Assembly: GCA_030141605.1 (NCBI GenBank)
Contig: JAQGDQ010000954.1
Span: 1-64,000 of the forward strand
Direction of reading: 5' to 3'
Length of the DNA: 64,000 bases
DNA from: Tubiluchus corallicola
Lineage: Eukaryota; Animalia; Priapulida
Of this stretch, positions 62,101-64,000 are shown piece after piece. Numbering within the stretch: the first letter of the stretch is position 1; the number at the start of each line of letters is the position of its first letter. The position numbers and the translations under genes were made by a program. The notes below the pieces were generated by a model. That model had not been told where the DNA came from. It saw only the letters and a list, made by a program, of their open reading frames with translations, and ran no database searches.

Positions 62101-62366
62101 AAGAAGCAAGACGATGTATAATCTTGGTACAGTCTGTAAGCCACTAACTTTGTAGTTGGCGTGTAAATTCTGTTTGCAATACTTCCAAAACTCTTCAATT
62201 TTTTTTGCAGCCTGTGACAAACTACATCCTCGGCAACATTAAGCTGGTCCACGGGAACTCGAGCGGTGCCATTCATCACTACCAGGTGGCTCTGAGGCAG
62301 GACCCCGACTTTCAGGCACCACTGGAGATTCTCCGAGTCGTGCGGTGCTACTCAAAATTCAAAGGG
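42150..62366 (+). CDS. TTC17: Tetratricopeptide repeat protein 17 (5' part; continues beyond window)
   Basis: join(42150-42266,42860-43119,43923-44034,44233-44349,45038-45147,46769-46916,47621-47769,48991-49157,51465-51616,53931-54148,56552-56747,58251-58328,59386-59616,62211-62366..); signal peptide + THWIVTEEG, SWLLFNLAAVYWR, KDMALVSLANILHRAQHSEDA, KRKHAVLCHSKLEEALEEQHRSLQRTL match recalled TTC17. Confidence 0.93.
42860..43119 (+). CDS. TTC17: TTC17 exon 2
   Basis: LDSDLNLQRPYDL...DKDCIAAGKPLTQFDLYISTMLPLENKG. Confidence 0.92.
43283..43782 (+). mobile_element. hAT (Charlie-like) MITE, 500 bp
   Basis: TIR CAGGGGTGTGCAAATT, perfect 8-bp TSD ATGTATGG. Confidence 0.92.
43923..44034 (+). CDS. 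TTC17: TTC17 exon 3
   Basis: EPDCISVIDLPFSMHAWEHLP|gtaagt. Confidence 0.9.
44071..44160. repeat. (CT)n microsatellite
   Basis: Directly visible. Confidence 0.95.
44233..44349 (+). CDS. TTC17: TTC17 exon 4
   Basis: SMSERKNL...WGHQVYEGMKK|gtaagt. Confidence 0.9.
45038..45147 (+). CDS. TTC17: TTC17 exon 5
   Basis: SNTSWLLFNLAAVYWRVKGEAFQAVECLRRALHFSPR. Confidence 0.93.
46769..46916 (+). CDS. TTC17: TTC17 exon 6
   Basis: EHKDMALVSLANILHRAQHSEDA...HFTLGNTYA|gtgagt. Confidence 0.93.
47621..47769 (+). CDS. TTC17: TTC17 exon 7
   Basis: VLGDYNSSV...KRKHAVLCHSKLEEALEEQHR. Confidence 0.92.
48316..48821 (-). mobile_element. 5S rRNA-derived SINE (SINE3-like)
   Basis: Minus strand head ACTACGACCA-[deletion]-AAGCAACGTAGAGCCTGGTTAGTACTTGGATGGGTGACCGCCTAGGAATACCAGGTGCTGTAGGCTT, GC-rich body, (CAA)n tail. 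Confidence 0.82.
48745..48821 (-). pseudogene. Internally deleted 5S rRNA fragment (SINE head)
   Basis: Matches 5S 5' ~10 nt and 3' ~67 nt incl. C box; ~43 nt missing; no oligo-T terminator. Confidence 0.85.
48991..49157 (+). CDS. TTC17: TTC17 exon 8
   Basis: SLQRTLAQLRDYQIQHEKL...|gtaaga. Confidence 0.9.
49198..50427. repeat. 87/89-bp tandem repeat, ~14 copies
   Basis: Unit GTTACATATAGCATGCTGTGGTACACTGAAC(GA)GTTGTAAATATG...; 29-aa periodic ORF. Confidence 0.96.
50558..50870. mobile_element. hAT-like MITE
   Basis: CAGGGGTCTCAAA...TTTGGGGACGCGTG; 8-bp TSD GTTTAAGT/GTTTACGT. Confidence 0.65.
50925..51352 (-). mobile_element. Non-autonomous RTE-derived retroelement, 5'-truncated copy
   Basis: Highly similar to 59814-60230; RT C-terminal remnant VIRPALFYGLEA...EMRMLRWKVG..RRDKIRN; (AGA)n tail. 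Confidence 0.85.
51465..51616 (+). CDS. TTC17: TTC17 exon 9
   Basis: DDDMQACLDGFKENGNGKLNCLLPKE...TEA|gtgaga; phases fit both neighbours, low conservation. Confidence 0.7.
52477..53185. mobile_element. hAT (Ac-like) non-autonomous element
   Basis: 13-bp perfect TIR CAGGGATGAGAAT; GC-rich subterminal block at ~53065-53145; no clean TSD. Confidence 0.65.
53931..54148 (+). CDS. TTC17: TTC17 exon 10
   Basis: EWPDRAECL...PPVFLPAENKG|gtaagt. Confidence 0.88.
54981..55367 (-). mobile_element. hAT MITE, same family as 43283 (387 bp)
   Basis: Same TIR; TSD CAGTAGGC/CAATAGGC. Confidence 0.9.
56052..56510. mobile_element. piggyBac-like MITE
   Basis: TTAA|CCCTTTGAGTCCC ... GGGTATTAAAGGG|TTAA; internal repeated TAT(T/C)CCACGGGATAC. 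Confidence 0.75.
56552..56747 (+). CDS. TTC17: TTC17 exon 11
   Basis: VKSLLSE...LPWFPPHCDK...FDNLWSMQRRE|gtaagc. Confidence 0.85.
56916..57182 (-). mobile_element. hAT MITE, same family as 43283 (267 bp)
   Basis: Same TIR; perfect TSD GTTTAGCC. Confidence 0.92.
58251..58328 (+). CDS. TTC17: TTC17 exon 12
   Basis: IILSYVNSGDVKVEDIGQRILTAIKT|gtaact. Confidence 0.82.
58746..58867. repeat. 32-bp tandem repeat, ~4 copies
   Basis: GCCTTTGTCTCACATGGACGTGGTCACCTCAG. Confidence 0.9.
59386..59616 (+). CDS. TTC17: TTC17 exon 13
   Basis: WTLYNLAGLYWQILGNPYQAIECYRRSL...DVPKTNLAQV (second TPR module). Confidence 0.92.
59814..60310 (-). mobile_element. Full-length non-autonomous RTE-derived retroelement with 5' twister ribozyme
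   Basis: 19-bp TSD CCA(T/C)AAATAC(A/G)TAGCAGTA at 59795-59813 and 60311-60329; (AGA)n tail; RT C-terminal remnant; twister core at the 5' end. Confidence 0.88.
60236..60310 (-). ncRNA. Twister ribozyme (3' cleavage-product form)
   Basis: AAC CTA GCC [P3] AAGT GCCGGTCCCAAGCCCTGATAAA TAGG GAGGG vs recalled rice twister AACACUGCC AAU GCCGGUCCCAAGCCCGGAUAAAAGUGGAGGG; P2 covaries (CCTA/TAGG). Confidence 0.82.
60499..61760. mobile_element. hAT-like element carrying an internal satellite
   Basis: TAGTGG...CCACTA ends, 8-bp flanks GTGTGTAG/GCGTGTAG, subterminal AATCGAT motifs. Confidence 0.55.
60679..61365. repeat. 55-bp tandem repeat, ~12.5 copies
   Basis: AAGCAATATGGCACTATCTTTGCATGTTAACTTATCGACCTGGTCACGCTAAATG. 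Confidence 0.96.
62211..62366 (+). CDS. TTC17: TTC17 exon 14
   Basis: PVTNYILGNIKLVHGNSSGAIHHYQVALRQDPDF...VVRC|gtaaat. Confidence 0.88.
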
Positions 62367-63573
62367 GTAAATTTGATTTGTTATTACTGAGGATTCTATG
62401 TTAAGTACTAAAAGTCTGCTGTAGCATAATGCTTGACAACAGTGAAAATAGGTACATAATTAATTTATATAATGCACATTGTATTAATGATAGTATCTGT
62501 AGTAAATGTTTTCACTGTGACACACATGTTTCAGTAACCAAGTAACAGTTATCAAGTGACACAAGATAAGTTGAAAAGGCTCGTGAGTTCTCTGTATATA
62601 TTTTTAATTAGAGTAATCGAATAATTTTATTAATTAGTTAATGAACATTTGCTGAAGTGAAACTTCATCAAAGGGGATTTTACTCGTTTGGATCACAAAC
62701 CCCAAATCACCATTTGCTTCTGTCAACTTTTGACATTAGAATACTTGTACCGGTGGGTGCAAAAAATGAAGCCCTTTTGAAGAATCATAAAAAACTTGGA
62801 ATAAAAGTTTTTGCCGTGTATTATGAGTCACGTCAAGTTTTAAATAAGAAAGTTCAAACTTTCTAAAGAAACAAATAAATGCATCTTATCATTTAAAAAG
62901 TGATAACCTAGTGAATGCATATTTGCCAAACATCTCAATTATTTTTTTCATTTAAAGCATGTGTGGACCAATAACTTCATTAAGAATATATACAATCATG
63001 CGGCTACCACTGCACCTGAAAATTTCTGTACAGCAGTAATTAATATAAATTAACGTTATGTTCAAGACATTTTTTTCAAATTTCTTTGTTACATTTGTCT
63101 ATCTCTAAGTGATAATAGTAAAATAAACCCAATGTGCTAAGTGACGCATCCTTTCCTTTAGCTTCGGCTTCAGTCGTAAACTGATGCCTGAAGAATGCTC
63201 TTTTGTTGCTCGTGCAGTCCATCAGGACTGCATTAAAGCTTGTCTTGATTAGAAGGCATTCTCTGATGCAATAGTTTTGTTTTGGATTCGTCAGTCAGTG
63301 GTTCAAATCCAGATGCACTCTTGACTTTTTCAAATTTCTTCTCTTTTGGTCAGCTTTACTAACTAGCAGTTATTAAGTTTATAATAACCTCAGATTTATT
63401 ATAGCCTTCATGCTAAGTAAGCAGCCATTTGCATTATACTTGTGTTTATTATTTGAGTAGGAGAAAAACTGGTCAACTTCCTGGTTTTTTGAGTTCACGT
63501 CATTTAAACTAAGAGAAACTTTTTGCAGCATAATGTTCATTCGGGTTCGCATATATAACTATCCAGTAGTGGC

Positions 63574-63815
63574 TGCTATTGAAAAAATAACTGCTAGTAT
63601 CAAAAAATCTACTTGTTGATGTCATAAAAGTGTCTATTTTTGTTGAAAAAGATACTGCTAATTTTGAAAAGTATTTGTTATTATTGTTACTTTTGTTATT
63701 GTTGAAAAAGTAACTGCCGCTATTGAAAAAGTAACTGTCACTATTGAAAAAGTAACTGTCGCTATTGAAAAAGTAACTGTCGCTATTAAAAAAGTAACTG
63801 TTGCTATGGAAAGAG
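63574..63815. repeat. Degenerate 21-bp tandem repeat
   Basis: CTATTGAAAAAGTAACTGTCG; bracketed by 27-bp direct repeat ATTCGGGTTCGCATATATAACTATCCA at 63539 and 63891. Confidence 0.8.
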
Positions 63816-64000
63816 TCTTTTTAACCAGAAAAAACTTTTAGACAAATGTTTACTGTAATTTTACATAAAGTAACAGCGTAATTTATTATCATTCGGGTTC
63901 GCATATATAACTATCCATTGTCTTTGTAAAAACTTGTTAAACCCTGGGCAGTGTACTGCTTTTATTCTATTGGTCATATGACGTAATAATTCGTTCAAAA

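Noticed and set aside
63290-63330. tRNA gene (GGTTCAAATCC B-box)
   Set aside because: No A box or cloverleaf could be assembled

Overview
AT-rich, intron-rich animal (invertebrate-type) genomic DNA; the species cannot be determined from sequence alone. Four spliced genes lie on the + strand, reconstructed by hand from GT-AG junctions with consistent phases: (1) an SLC7A9/b(0,+)AT-like amino acid transporter light chain (~1.6/3.0-15.6 kb); (2) a two-exon, 363-aa TM-NIT-TM protein that resembles the sensor half of animal NIT-domain guanylyl cyclases but has no cyclase (17.6-19.6 kb); (3) MRM3/RNMTL1 mitochondrial rRNA methyltransferase (31.8-39.7 kb); (4) TTC17 (42.1 kb, running off the right edge). 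Introns and intergenic DNA hold many micro/minisatellites, MITEs (hAT-, Tc1/mariner/pogo-, piggyBac- and Kolobok-like), solo LTRs and non-autonomous retroelements. Most notable: the cyclase-less NIT receptor; a non-autonomous RTE element whose 5' end begins exactly at a twister-ribozyme cleavage site; a 5S-rRNA-headed SINE with a degenerate hammerhead-like core; a fivefold tandem duplication of the last SLC7 splice acceptor; and inverted arrays of a 39/41-bp satellite. Homology calls rest on recalled family motifs, not database searches.
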